From an uncultured Methanosarcinales archaeon (GTDB lineage: Archaea > Nanobdellota > Nanobdellia > Woesearchaeales > UBA583), in assembly GCA_964429995.1 (NCBI GenBank), contig CAYSDY010000002.1, positions 110,361 to 174,360 of the forward strand: 64,000 nt of DNA, in the 5' to 3' direction. Each line of letters begins with the position of its first letter. Positions within the stretch are counted from its first letter, which is position 1. A program made the translations under genes and the position numbers. Positions 1 through 9,630 of the stretch are shown piece by piece. The notes beneath the pieces are model-generated. The model had not been told where the DNA came from. It did no database searches and saw nothing but the letters and a program-made list of their open reading frames with translations.

Positions 1-1208
1 TAATAATGTGTATCAAATAATCCATAATCACTGTAATTCATGTTTAGATTTGTCAATAAGCCAAGTTCTACAATGTATTCATCATCTCCAGAAATAATTG
101 GCAGTGCATTAGAAACATTAGCGATAATTGATTTGCTTTCAGTTTTATTGCTACTAGAATTTAAGGTAACGTTAATTGTGTATGACCCTTGCTGATTGTA
201 CATTAGTTTAGTAGATGTAAAAGTGCCTGTGTTTAAGTTACTAGAATTGCTTATGTATCCATCTCCCCAATTAATAGTTAAATTGTATTCAAAAGAACTA
301 TTATAATTAAAACTTATATTTAATGTTAACGATTTACCTTCAAATAAACTTTGATTAGGTCCAATACTCAAATTTAATGTTTCATTGTAAGAATCTGTGT
401 TTACATAATTGTTTGTTAACGGCAAATAATCATATACTTCTGTCCATAAATCAATCTTATGAGCACTTTCTCCAATTCCATCTAAATTAGTGTCATTTCC
501 GTTATAATCTGACCAAAAATTACCACCTATATGTGTACCATTAATTATGTTATTAGTTAGAAACTTTGTAGTATTAAAATGATTATTTAAATTCCCATTG
601 AATATTATATTATAAGAACAATTAAACTTATTATTATATATGATATTGTTAGAAGAAGGATCCCCCATAAAATCAACAAATTCTATTCCAGTTCCAACTG
701 CTGAATCAAAAATAGAATCTTTTACAGTAACATTATCACTCCCTTCAAATAAGATACCCCAATCCATGTCATAAAAAGAATTATTTTCAATGATATGATT
801 ATCTCCATTAACTTTTATTGAAGTTCTAATGTTATTGAAAGTAGAATTTTGAATTTGTACATTCTGATCACTTGGGTTTCTTATATAAATTCCTAAATTT
901 GTAAAATCTTCAAAAATACAATTTTTGATTGTTATATTAGAATGTTCTATCCATAAGCCTTCGTTTGCCATTCCATTTTTTAAAGTAGATCCATTACAAT
1001 CTAAAAAAATATTATCATTAGAAGTTATGAACCCAACAGCAGGAGATCCCATATTTAATGTGTAAATTCCGTTACATAAAACAGTATCTGAATTTAGATA
1101 ATTTGGATTAGTTAGGTCAGGAACTAAACAACTATGTGTTATTCTAATGTTAAAAATAAAAATCAAAAATAAAAGTATCAGGATTTTAAATTTATTTTTA
1201 GTTGCCAT
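1..1208 (-). CDS. Secreted parallel beta-helix repeat protein (NosD/pectate-lyase-like), N-terminal signal peptide; C-terminus truncated by window edge
   Basis: ATG at 1208 (minus). My own translation gives MATKNKFKILILLFLIFIFNIRITHSC..., a signal peptide followed by repeated N/G/I-rich beta-helix-like repeats (NITIKNCIFEDF, NVTVKDSIFDS) with no stop codon to position 1. Absent from the ORF track because it runs off the window. Confidence 0.5.
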   Translation of the reverse strand, partial: MATKNKFKILILLFLIFIFNIRITHSCLVPDLTNPNYLNSDTVLCNGIYTLNMGSPAVGFITSNDNIFLDCNGSTLKNGMANEGLWIEHSNITIKNCIFEDFTNLGIYIRNPSDQNVQIQNSTFNNIRTSIKVNGDNHIIENNSFYDMDWGILFEGSDNVTVKDSIFDSAVGTGIEFVDFMGDPSSNNIIYNNKFNCSYNIIFNGNLNNHFNTTKFLTNNIINGTHIGGNFWSDYNGNDTNLDGIGESAHKIDLWTEVYDYLPLTNNYVNTDSYNETLNLSIGPNQSLFEGKSLTLNISFNYNSSFEYNLTINWGDGYISNSSNLNTGTFTSTKLMYNQQGSYTINVTLNSSSNKTESKSIIANVSNALPIISGDDEYIVELGLLTNLNMNYSDYGLFDTHY

Positions 1209-1222
1209 TTTATTTTGAGAAA

Positions 1223-4200
1223 TTAACATTCTCCTTCATTATATTTTGTGATTCCTGCCTTATTTGCAAGACAACTATTTGGATAAGTTTTCTTATTGGC
1301 ACAAACAGGTTCGTAATCAGAAGAACATAGAACATTCTTTGAATAATCTGTGGAGTCGTTGCTAAAAATGTTTTTTATCCATCGTTCAATTTTTCTAAAA
1401 ACACTAGGTTCTAAATTAGTGATTTTGATTTTTCCTTCTGTAAATTTTAAGTAAAAAGTTTGTCCAGGATTTTTGGATAAGATAATTTCTTCAAGTATTT
1501 CTTGATTTATTTCTATTAGTATTTGTGCATTTTGCGAATGGTCTTCTTGAATGATTCCAGTGCTTATATCAATATTTAATTTTTCTATACTTAAATCTGT
1601 TCTAATTCCGTTAATGTTGATGATGTTTTTTGTTTTTAGAAAATTAACCAGATCATCATAACTTGAGATATAATAATCTGCTATTTGAATGTAGGTTATA
1701 TTTTCTAAAGATTTATTCAATAAGTGTTGACTGATGATTTCTGATAAATCTTCTTTACTTAAATTAGTTTTTTTACTTTGGTTTTTATCTAGTATTATTT
1801 CAAAATCATAATCTTTTTTATCACACATTTTTTTAAGGATGAAATAGCTTGCTTCTAATTCTTGATGATTTAGAACCTTATCGTTCTTTGATTTAATATT
1901 TCTATTTCTGGAAATTGATTTTAATTTTTCTAAGCTGGAATCTTTAGAAATAATAGTGTAATTTTTATTTTTGTAATATGAATCTGATAAATATGTATTT
2001 TTAATTGATTCAAAATAACTGCAATCTAATTTAAGGCTTTTAAAATCAGTTGCCTTTAAACTGATACCTATATTTTTTTTTATATCGTTAAATTTAATAG
2101 AATCGAATAAAATTTCTATTCTTTTATAGGTTGGTTGTGTAATGTTTAATTCTTTTACAGGCTCTGGTGTGATTGCAAACATTCTTACATATCTTTGGTA
2201 AGTAATCATTTTAAGTTCACAGTCATATGAGTTTTTTGAACATTCTAAGGCAAGAATTTGGTTTTTATTAGGATTAATATCAATTGCAACAATATTTTTA
2301 TTGTTTGTTACATTGTATACTAAATCTATTCTTTTTAAAGCAAAATCATAATAATAAATACTGCTATTTAATGTTTTATTATCAATTTCTATTTCTCCTA
2401 AAGAAAAAAACATACCTTTTGGAATATTATTAGAATCTAGTTTGTAATCAAATCTTAAATCATATATTCTTCCTTTTGGTATTGTAAATTCAAAAGTTGA
2501 ATTAATTGGATATTTATTTAAAATATTTTTATCGTTTTTAATTATTTGAACAATAGCCCCAGAACTTGAAGATCCGTGTGTTGTTAATGCTATATATTTT
2601 CCGTCGTTAGAATATGCAACATAAGCAGGATTATAATAAGATCCCTTTGTAGATAAAACATCAAATACAAAGGTTTTATTTGTGCTATTATTTATGCCCA
2701 TGTAGTTATGATAAACTAAAGAATGTGTATTAGATGATATGTATGATGATGGGTCAATTCCTACTTGTTTAGACATTATATAAGATTCTTTTGAATCAGC
2801 AGGATTTCTCATTAAATATTGTTGACAATTTGGAACATTAGTTCCAAAATAACTATGATTTGAGTATAATTCGTAATATTTGTCTAAATATTCCTGTTCA
2901 TTAATTCCGTAATAATATTTTGCTCCCATTAATTCGGATTCTTTAAAATAAATCCATTCTGCTGAGTTAACAGAAGATAGTTGTTTATTAGGGGAAATAG
3001 ATTCTAAATTTACATTTAATGTGGGGAAAAATCTTATTTTAAACAAATCCAATTTAGTTTGTGGGTCTTTTTCTTTACTTACAAAATAAATATTTTTACT
3101 TGCATCTTTTGACCAGCCAGTTAGAAATTGTTTTGTATAATCGGGAATGTAAAAAAGAGCATTTCTTATAAAATTAAAACTATTACTATTTTCGTTAAAA
3201 TTCATTAAGTGATACAATAGGCTTTTATCTATTTGGGAATTACTATTAGATGCTACACCATAGATAAAAGAATTTCCATCAGGTGAAAAATAACCGCAAG
3301 TATCTCTTTGTGAATTTCCACTGTCTAAAACTCTTATAGACTTAACGTTGTAGCTAAAATTATTATTGAAAAATAAACTTATATTTTTAGATTTTTTATC
3401 TTCAAATTCATCTTTTATTGAATCTTTTGATACACATTGTCCATTTTTCCAAATTTTATTATTTAATACAGAACATGCTTTATGTAAATTTGATTCGTAA
3501 CATGTATCAAAAAAAGCGTCCCAAATAAAATTATTTTCTTTACAATCTTCTTCATCTTCTAAGTCAAAACATTCGTCTAAAGAATCAGACCAATACAAAT
3601 CATCATTTAAACATTCTGCTTGTTCTATTGATTCAGCACAAACTCCATAAGAAGAAACAAATAATCCATCTTCATCACAACATTCATCTTCACTTTCAAC
3701 ACACATTCCTAAATTTTCACAAAAGAAAAGATCTTCAGACATACATTCATAAACATCTTCCGATTCAATACAATCTCCATCTAAATAAAATGCTTCCTGT
3801 TCAATACATTCCATTTCAAAATCTGATTCATAACATGAATCAGTTATAATACTCCAAAAATTTCCTTCAATTAAACATTCTGCTTCATTTTCTGTTTCGG
3901 CACAATATTCTTCATCTTCAACCCAAAAGCCATTTTTCCAGTTTGTACATTCAAATTCATTATATTCTACACCTTCAGAAATACAATATCCATCTTCCCA
4001 AATTCCACCTGTTTCTTCACAATATCCCTGTTCAAACGAAACACATTCATCTTCTTGGTTTAAAATTCCTGAACAATAATCATCTGTATCATATTGACAA
4101 AGACCAATTTCAAAACAGGTTGCTTGTTCTAAATCTATGCATTCATCTAATTCATCAATATACATTTGTTCTTCATATTCACAACATTCAGGAGTAGAAC

Positions 4201-4657
4201 CTCTGATTAAGCTGTCATCAATAAACATGTCACAATTTTCAATCATGTAATCTGCAAATACTTCCCAGCAGAAATCATTCATTTCATCTTCATATTCATA
4301 AACGCAGATATCACCGTAATAATCTTCATTTTCTTCAACACATTCTTGTCCATTGCTATATTCTGGAAATTCTGCCAGACAATCATTTTCGTATTCCTCT
4401 TTATGTTCATTTAAACATTCCCAAGAATATATTGAATCACCAAGTGGAAATTCTTCTAGACACATATTTTTTAATTCATCTGCAAAATCATTTTCGCAGA
4501 CTTCCTGACAAGCTAATTGATGGAAAAAAGTTCCATTAACAAAATTAGCAAAAATTAAAATATTAATAAAAAGAATTAAGATTTTATTAATATTAACGTA
4601 TCTTTTAAATTCAATTATATCTTTTTTTGAATTATATTTTTTTAATGAATTACTCAT
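1223..4657 (-). CDS. Large membrane-anchored/secreted protein: Cys-rich acidic tandem repeat region, PD40/TolB-like beta-propeller repeats, C-terminal Kazal-type inhibitor-like domain
   Basis: 1144-aa ORF. N-terminal signal anchor ILILFINILIFANFV. About 60 Cys in D/E-rich repeats (ECxxE...C). FSPDGNSF and YSNDGKYIAL PD40-like motifs. C-terminal CSSDYEPVCANKKTYPNSCLANKAGITKYNEGEC matches the Kazal Cys/Tyr spacing. Confidence 0.6.
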   Translation of the reverse strand: MSNSLKKYNSKKDIIEFKRYVNINKILILFINILIFANFVNGTFFHQLACQEVCENDFADELKNMCLEEFPLGDSIYSWECLNEHKEEYENDCLAEFPEYSNGQECVEENEDYYGDICVYEYEDEMNDFCWEVFADYMIENCDMFIDDSLIRGSTPECCEYEEQMYIDELDECIDLEQATCFEIGLCQYDTDDYCSGILNQEDECVSFEQGYCEETGGIWEDGYCISEGVEYNEFECTNWKNGFWVEDEEYCAETENEAECLIEGNFWSIITDSCYESDFEMECIEQEAFYLDGDCIESEDVYECMSEDLFFCENLGMCVESEDECCDEDGLFVSSYGVCAESIEQAECLNDDLYWSDSLDECFDLEDEEDCKENNFIWDAFFDTCYESNLHKACSVLNNKIWKNGQCVSKDSIKDEFEDKKSKNISLFFNNNFSYNVKSIRVLDSGNSQRDTCGYFSPDGNSFIYGVASNSNSQIDKSLLYHLMNFNENSNSFNFIRNALFYIPDYTKQFLTGWSKDASKNIYFVSKEKDPQTKLDLFKIRFFPTLNVNLESISPNKQLSSVNSAEWIYFKESELMGAKYYYGINEQEYLDKYYELYSNHSYFGTNVPNCQQYLMRNPADSKESYIMSKQVGIDPSSYISSNTHSLVYHNYMGINNSTNKTFVFDVLSTKGSYYNPAYVAYSNDGKYIALTTHGSSSSGAIVQIIKNDKNILNKYPINSTFEFTIPKGRIYDLRFDYKLDSNNIPKGMFFSLGEIEIDNKTLNSSIYYYDFALKRIDLVYNVTNNKNIVAIDINPNKNQILALECSKNSYDCELKMITYQRYVRMFAITPEPVKELNITQPTYKRIEILFDSIKFNDIKKNIGISLKATDFKSLKLDCSYFESIKNTYLSDSYYKNKNYTIISKDSSLEKLKSISRNRNIKSKNDKVLNHQELEASYFILKKMCDKKDYDFEIILDKNQSKKTNLSKEDLSEIISQHLLNKSLENITYIQIADYYISSYDDLVNFLKTKNIININGIRTDLSIEKLNIDISTGIIQEDHSQNAQILIEINQEILEEIILSKNPGQTFYLKFTEGKIKITNLEPSVFRKIERWIKNIFSNDSTDYSKNVLCSSDYEPVCANKKTYPNSCLANKAGITKYNEGEC

Positions 4658-4780
4658 ATAGATGATTTTATGTTAGTAAATTTATAAGCTTTTTTATATG
4701 CAGACTTTAAAGTCTTATTTTGTTTAATGATTTTTTGGTACTGTACTTTTACTGACTATAGTTAAATTAACTTTTTTAAT

Positions 4781-4812
4781 AAAAATCCCCGTCATTCATG
4801 GCGGGGATTTTT
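4781..4812. promoter_or_regulatory. GC-rich perfect hairpin (11-bp stem aaaaatccccg/cggggattttt, 10-nt loop) in divergent intergenic region
   Basis: Seen directly in sequence. It is the only GC-rich palindrome in an otherwise AT-rich spacer between divergent genes 1223..4657(-) and 4916..5548(+). Confidence 0.3.
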
Positions 4813-4915
4813 ACTTAATGAGCAAATAGAAAAAGAGTTTGAAATAAGAATTTATAGATAAAATTAAACAATAAATTTATAAATACCGGTAAATAGGTAT
4901 GATTATACTTAAAAT

Positions 4916-5548
4916 ATGGTAAAGCTACTTACAGAAAAACAATTGAATATCTTCAAGGTTTTTAGAGAAAATATTTTCAAAGAATATACCTATAATGAAT
5001 TAAAAGAAAAACTAGATGAAAAATCCAATAGTTTTTTAATATCTTCTTTAAAAAAAATTAAAGAAATGGATTTAATTATAGATCAAAAAATTAATAATTC
5101 TAAAATTTATTATTTAAATTTAGAAAATGATTTAGTTTTTGATTATATTGAACTTATAAATTACGATTTTTATAAATCAAATACATTAAAAAAAATAATT
5201 AATTTATTAAAAAATCAATTAGATACTCAACTATATTCATACTCAATTGTAATATTTGGATCTTTTGCAATAGATAAAGAGAAAAAAAACTCAGATTTAG
5301 ATATTGCAATTTTTATTGAAGATGAGAGAAATAGAGAATTTATTGAAAATAGTTTTAAATCAATTAAACTAAAATCATTAATTGAATTAGATTTACATGT
5401 AATTTCAAAAAAAGAATTTTTAAAGATGTTAAAAGTTGATTATTCTAATTTGGGTAAACTAATTTATCAAAAACATAAATGTATTTATAATACGAAATTA
5501 TTTTATAAAATATTAAAAGAAGGAGATAAAAATGGATTTAGAATATAA
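4916..5548 (+). CDS. Nucleotidyltransferase (minimal Pol-beta-type NTase, MNT-like) with N-terminal wHTH-like region
   Basis: IFGSFAIDKEKKNSDLDIAIF matches the GS...D.D signature of minimal nucleotidyltransferases. The downstream gene overlaps by 17 nt. Confidence 0.6.
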   Translation: MVKLLTEKQLNIFKVFRENIFKEYTYNELKEKLDEKSNSFLISSLKKIKEMDLIIDQKINNSKIYYLNLENDLVFDYIELINYDFYKSNTLKKIINLLKNQLDTQLYSYSIVIFGSFAIDKEKKNSDLDIAIFIEDERNREFIENSFKSIKLKSLIELDLHVISKKEFLKMLKVDYSNLGKLIYQKHKCIYNTKLFYKILKEGDKNGFRI

Positions 5549-5648
5549 AACCTATATTGAAAGAGCAGAAAATGAAATAGAACTTGCAGAGATTATATTA
5601 GAGATTTCAACAAATTCTAATAAAAAAGAAGAATTTAATTTATTATAG
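5532..5648 (+). pseudogene. Truncated HEPN-like fragment (38 codons) overlapping the NTase gene, a degraded MNT/HEPN toxin-antitoxin partner
   Basis: MDLEYKTYIERAENEIELAEIILEISTNSNKKEEFNLL*. It resembles the first helix of HEPN proteins but lacks the Rx4-6H motif and is far too short. Confidence 0.3.
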
Positions 5649-5661
5649 TAAAAAGAATATT

Positions 5662-5701
5662 GCAAATTTACCAATTATTGTGCATTTAAGTAATTTCTTT
5701 T
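5662..5701. repeat. Copy 1 of ~40-nt imperfect direct repeat (core tttaccaatWattgtgcatt ... aatttctttt)
   Basis: Matches 36990..37030. The 20-nt core is 19/20 identical and is followed by an identical aatttctttt. Both copies sit in convergent 3-prime intergenic regions. Confidence 0.5.
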
Positions 5702-5712
5702 GCTATTAACTA

Positions 5713-6276
5713 TCAATCAGCATAAATAGTTTCTTCATCATATTTATTATATATATGATTCATATTGTTTAAACTTTTTAACTGAATTTTTTCATTATTT
5801 ATTTCAACAATACTTATTGATGTTGGATCTAATACAATATTTTTTGTTTTTTCAGGTTCGATCTCTAATGTTTTTGAAATGAAAAACTTCATAATATTCC
5901 CATGAGAAACAACAAATACTTTTTTAAGATTCATAGATATTAATTTATTCCAAAAAATATTAGCTCTTTCTAAATCTTCTTCAATTCTATTCGATCTTGT
6001 ACCTTCTTTAGGAGCACCTCCGACAATTAATCTATGTATCTCTTGAAGTTCATTTGTTATTTTAAGCTCTGGTTTATTGATATTTTGTAATTGAATTTCT
6101 TTTGCTGTTAGTTGAGCTCTTTCTAAATCAGATGATATAATTAAATCAATTTTTTCATTTTTTAAACTTTCTGCTAATAGATTTATTTGTTTTTTACCAT
6201 TCTCAGTAAGAATTGGAGGTTTATTTGGGTCTAAATTGGCTTCTGTTTCTGCATGTCTAATTAAATATATTTCCAT
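5713..6276 (-). CDS. Histidine phosphatase family protein (phosphoglycerate-mutase-like)
   Basis: N-terminal LIRHAETEAN (RHG-type catalytic His motif) and later SHGN. Last gene of the tightly packed minus-strand operon, 1 nt after the upstream stop. Confidence 0.7.
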   Translation of the reverse strand: MEIYLIRHAETEANLDPNKPPILTENGKKQINLLAESLKNEKIDLIISSDLERAQLTAKEIQLQNINKPELKITNELQEIHRLIVGGAPKEGTRSNRIEEDLERANIFWNKLISMNLKKVFVVSHGNIMKFFISKTLEIEPEKTKNIVLDPTSISIVEINNEKIQLKSLNNMNHIYNKYDEETIYAD

Positions 6277-6277
6277 T

Positions 6278-6850
6278 TTACTTAGTTAAAATATCATAAA
6301 TATTCTTCTCTAGTTCTTCTTTAACATTATCAAAAGAATGATTAGTATTCATATAATTAATATTTATTTCTAAGTTTTTAGCTATTTCTTTTGAATAATT
6401 TTGAAATTTTTCTTTATCATTTGTTCCTTGATAAATAACTATATCTTTGTTTTTCAAATGATTGATGTCAAACACTACATCTTCTAACTTCAACAAACCT
6501 AAATCTGTATTCATTATGTTAGATATAGTTGAATTTCCAATAATTATAGGAGATGCCAAAAATATATATTTATCAAAATTAATATTGGTTAATAAAGAAA
6601 TAACTCCACCAAAGCTTTTACATATTGTAAAAATATGTTTATAGTTTTTTTCTTCTTTTTTTAATTCTAAATTAATTAATGAAACAAGCTTATCAAATGT
6701 TGTATTTTCAAAATCACAAATAACCTCTATAACATCAAACTTATCTTCAAATGTTTCTATTTCAAATAATGAATCAAACTTTTTTTTAGATGCACCTGAA
6801 AAAAACACTATTAAAGATTCATTTCTATTATCAATTATTTTATTTATCAT
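6278..6850 (-). CDS. Small alpha/beta-hydrolase-like protein (putative Ser-Asp-His)
   Basis: LIVFFSGA, CKSFGG (nucleophile-elbow-like), QGTNDK and NHSF motifs. I prefer the internal ATG at 6850 (11-nt overlap with the upstream gene) over the longest ORF start at 6928. Confidence 0.45.
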   Translation of the reverse strand: MINKIIDNRNESLIVFFSGASKKKFDSLFEIETFEDKFDVIEVICDFENTTFDKLVSLINLELKKEEKNYKHIFTICKSFGGVISLLTNINFDKYIFLASPIIIGNSTISNIMNTDLGLLKLEDVVFDINHLKNKDIVIYQGTNDKEKFQNYSKEIAKNLEININYMNTNHSFDNVKEELEKNIYDILTK

Positions 6851-7880
6851 TTTTATTATACATACATAATAAGTTTCCTTTATATAATTCTCCAGTTTCC
6901 CAATATGAATAAGCTCTACAACCTCCACATAATTGAATTAATTCACAATCTTTACAATTACCTTCAAATTTCCTATTCCTCATGATATTATAATCTTTAG
7001 AATTGTTCCAAATATCAATTATAGAAGTAGTATTAGTATCACCAATTATAATATCATTTAACATAGGACAGAATGCTACATTACCATCATTATTAAAATA
7101 CATATAACTAATTCCAACACTACAACCTGCATACAAATTAAAAGTACCATAATTGTCTTTAATATTTTGTAATAATGATTTATTTGCAGCTAATGCCAAT
7201 GGATCTCCAGAGAAATAATGAATATTATATTTTTCAGAATATTTTGGAAGTTGTTCTAATATTTTAAAATATTCTTTTTTATCTACGAATAATTCTTTTT
7301 CATTAAGATTGGCATATCCCATATAAATACATCCTCTCAATCCAACTTCATCTGCACCTAAATCTTTTGCAAATTTAAAGAAATCTTCAATGTCATCTTT
7401 ATTAATATTCATTATTGTAAGTCTTAAAACAAATGGAATATTTAACAACACACAGTTTTGAGATGCTTCTACTACCTTATCATATGATAATTTATTTTGT
7501 CTAATATAATTATGAGTTTCTTTTTTATAGCTATCTAAAGAGAATTGTATTCTATCCAAACCTATTTCTTTTAATTTTTTTAATTTTTCTAAATTACAAA
7601 AATATGCATTTGAAACCAATATTATTTTCATTTTAGTATTTTTCTTAATAAATTCAATAATTTCATATAAATAAGGATATAGTAATGGCTCTCCACCCCC
7701 TAATTCTATCCATTCAACTTCATCTCCCCAGTTTGTATTTATTTGGGTTAAGATATCTATTACTTTTTCTTTTGAGATATGATTATTCTCATCAACTCTT
7801 CCTCTACAATGTAAACATCTAAAATTACATTTTCCTGTTAAATCAATATGTATTATTTTCGGTTTAAATTTTAAGTTCAT
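6840..7880 (-). CDS. Radical SAM enzyme with C-terminal SPASM/twitch-like Cys-rich domain
   Basis: CNFRCLHC (CX3CX2C) near the N-terminus. C-terminal CKDCELIQLCGGCRAYSYWE Cys cluster. The ATG at 7880 forms an ATGA overlap with the upstream stop; an alternative ATG lies at 7943. Confidence 0.8.
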   Translation of the reverse strand: MNLKFKPKIIHIDLTGKCNFRCLHCRGRVDENNHISKEKVIDILTQINTNWGDEVEWIELGGGEPLLYPYLYEIIEFIKKNTKMKIILVSNAYFCNLEKLKKLKEIGLDRIQFSLDSYKKETHNYIRQNKLSYDKVVEASQNCVLLNIPFVLRLTIMNINKDDIEDFFKFAKDLGADEVGLRGCIYMGYANLNEKELFVDKKEYFKILEQLPKYSEKYNIHYFSGDPLALAANKSLLQNIKDNYGTFNLYAGCSVGISYMYFNNDGNVAFCPMLNDIIIGDTNTTSIIDIWNNSKDYNIMRNRKFEGNCKDCELIQLCGGCRAYSYWETGELYKGNLLCMYNKNDK

Positions 7881-8626
7881 TTTTTTAATGTTGTTATTGC
7901 CCTTGGTTGTAATATATATATATTTCCATGATATATTGTCCATTCAATATCCTGTGGATATTTAAATATAGACACTATTTGTTTACCAATTTCAGCTAAT
8001 TCATAAATTTGATTTTTAGATAAAATATTTTTATTTCTACCATACATATGTCTAATATTATCAGAGTTAATTAAATATGTATCTGCAATTGTATTACCTG
8101 AAACTAATGCGTCACATGTTCCTGCTTTTACTTCTAATAACATCTCTTCTTTTTTTGACATTGGACTTTGTGTAAACAATGTTCCTGAAAAATTGCCTTT
8201 CAAAAACTCTTGTATGATTACAGCGAATGACAAATTATCAATATTTATTGATAAAGCTAAAGCATAGTCTTGTAATCTTTCTGATTTAGAAGAATTCCAG
8301 CAAGAAATGATACTTGATGCAATATTTTCCACTTTAACATTTAACAACGATTCAAATTGACCGGGGAAAGCATATTTATTTCCATCTTCTAGATTGGAAG
8401 ATGACCTCACAGCATAATTTTTTTCATGATTTACAAATGAATTAAATGTTTTATCTTGTTTTAATAATTTTTCTAATTCTTCTATATTTGGATTTTGCTG
8501 TCTAATAGTATCTGAGATTACAATTCCTTTTGGGACTAAAATATTATGTTTTATTATTTGTGATAAATTAAATGCTTTATTTCCGTATAAATTTCTATCG
8601 TGAATCCTTGCCAAACCATCTATCAT
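7877..8626 (-). CDS. PEP-utilizing enzyme N-terminal ATP-binding domain protein (PPDK_N / PEP synthase / rifampicin phosphotransferase-like), stand-alone
   Basis: YGNKAFNLSQI and YAVRSSSNLEDG correspond to the GGKAANL and AVRSSA.AED motifs of PPDK_N. ATGA overlap at both ends. Confidence 0.65.
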   Translation of the reverse strand: MIDGLARIHDRNLYGNKAFNLSQIIKHNILVPKGIVISDTIRQQNPNIEELEKLLKQDKTFNSFVNHEKNYAVRSSSNLEDGNKYAFPGQFESLLNVKVENIASSIISCWNSSKSERLQDYALALSINIDNLSFAVIIQEFLKGNFSGTLFTQSPMSKKEEMLLEVKAGTCDALVSGNTIADTYLINSDNIRHMYGRNKNILSKNQIYELAEIGKQIVSIFKYPQDIEWTIYHGNIYILQPRAITTLKK

Positions 8627-9630
8627 TTTCTTTTAATTTTTGCTTCTCCAATATTTTCATCAAAGTTAACTTTTATACTAATAATATCATCATCTTGTAT
8701 TTTTTCAGTTCCTTTATTATTATACAATTCAGTTCCAACTATACAAGGGATGTCTAATTCTCTAGAAACAACTGCTGCATGACAAGTTATTGAACCAGTA
8801 TCAGTAATTATTCCGCCTGCTTTTGTCATTAAACTTGTTAATTGAGGATCTGTTCTTGGTGCAACAAGTATATCACCTTTATTAAAATTCATATTTTTTA
8901 AATCATCTCTAATAGTTATAGGGTCAAACTTTGTTAGTATTTTAGCAATTCCTTCTATTTCCCCTTCTGATGCAGGAATTCCATTTATTATTTGTTCCAA
9001 ATTAGTTTGTTTAGAAAAAATTAAAGCAGCTTGCATATAATCTAATTTAATTTTTTGATTAAATCTGTCTACTAAATTATTTTGATAACTATTAATTGGG
9101 TCAACTAATCTTATATAGCTATTCTTATGTCCTCTAATTACAATATTATGAGTAGGATAGCTAGTTGGGTAATTAATTTCAACTAATATTGGTAATCCTT
9201 TCTCAACAAATGGATGCAAATCGTCATATTCAAAAGGCCCATTTATTATATTAAAATTTTCACTATTTGATAATTCATCTATATATGGCAAAAATTCATT
9301 CATAAAATCATCAAATAAATCATGTGGGAAAAATATAGGATTTGGTTTTCTTGGGCCCTCCATTAACATAGTTACACGATATCCATTATCAATAGCATAT
9401 TTAGCAAGTTTGGGATAACTTCCATATTCTCCAAACCCTCCTTCCCAAAATCTAATGATTCTATGTATTTCCATTTCTTTTTCTTCTGTTAATGGATATT
9501 TCTCAGGTTCAAAATAATTAAACATCATTAATGCACTTGCAGCTATGCAAGTAGTTGGAGTAGTTTGTAAATAACTATTAACAGCTAATTTTATACTTTT
9601 TCTTTGTAAATAATTATATTTATCTTCCAT
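8623..9630 (-). CDS. Fusion: papain-fold C39-like cysteine peptidase domain + PEP-utilizing enzyme mobile (phosphohistidine swivel) domain
   Basis: N-terminus has QTTPTTCIAASALMMF, then HNIVIRGH...RLVDPI (Cys-His-Asp pattern of C39 double-glycine peptidases). C-terminus has TGSITCHAAVVSRELDIPCIVGT, the phosphohistidine swivel signature. Confidence 0.55.
   Translation of the reverse strand: MEDKYNYLQRKSIKLAVNSYLQTTPTTCIAASALMMFNYFEPEKYPLTEEKEMEIHRIIRFWEGGFGEYGSYPKLAKYAIDNGYRVTMLMEGPRKPNPIFFPHDLFDDFMNEFLPYIDELSNSENFNIINGPFEYDDLHPFVEKGLPILVEINYPTSYPTHNIVIRGHKNSYIRLVDPINSYQNNLVDRFNQKIKLDYMQAALIFSKQTNLEQIINGIPASEGEIEGIAKILTKFDPITIRDDLKNMNFNKGDILVAPRTDPQLTSLMTKAGGIITDTGSITCHAAVVSRELDIPCIVGTELYNNKGTEKIQDDDIISIKVNFDENIGEAKIKRK

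Noticed and set aside
3628-4197. Plus-strand ORFs 3628..3849 and 3943..4197 inside the large minus-strand gene
   Set aside because: They are antisense to a well-supported 1144-aa CDS. They are His/Leu/Ile/Lys-rich low-complexity artefacts of AT-rich antisense sequence.
6851-6928. Longest-ORF start at 6928 for the hydrolase-like gene, and 7943 for the radical SAM gene
   Set aside because: These would create 88- and 67-nt overlaps with upstream genes. Internal ATGs at 6850 and 7880 give the short ATGA-type overlaps seen throughout this operon.
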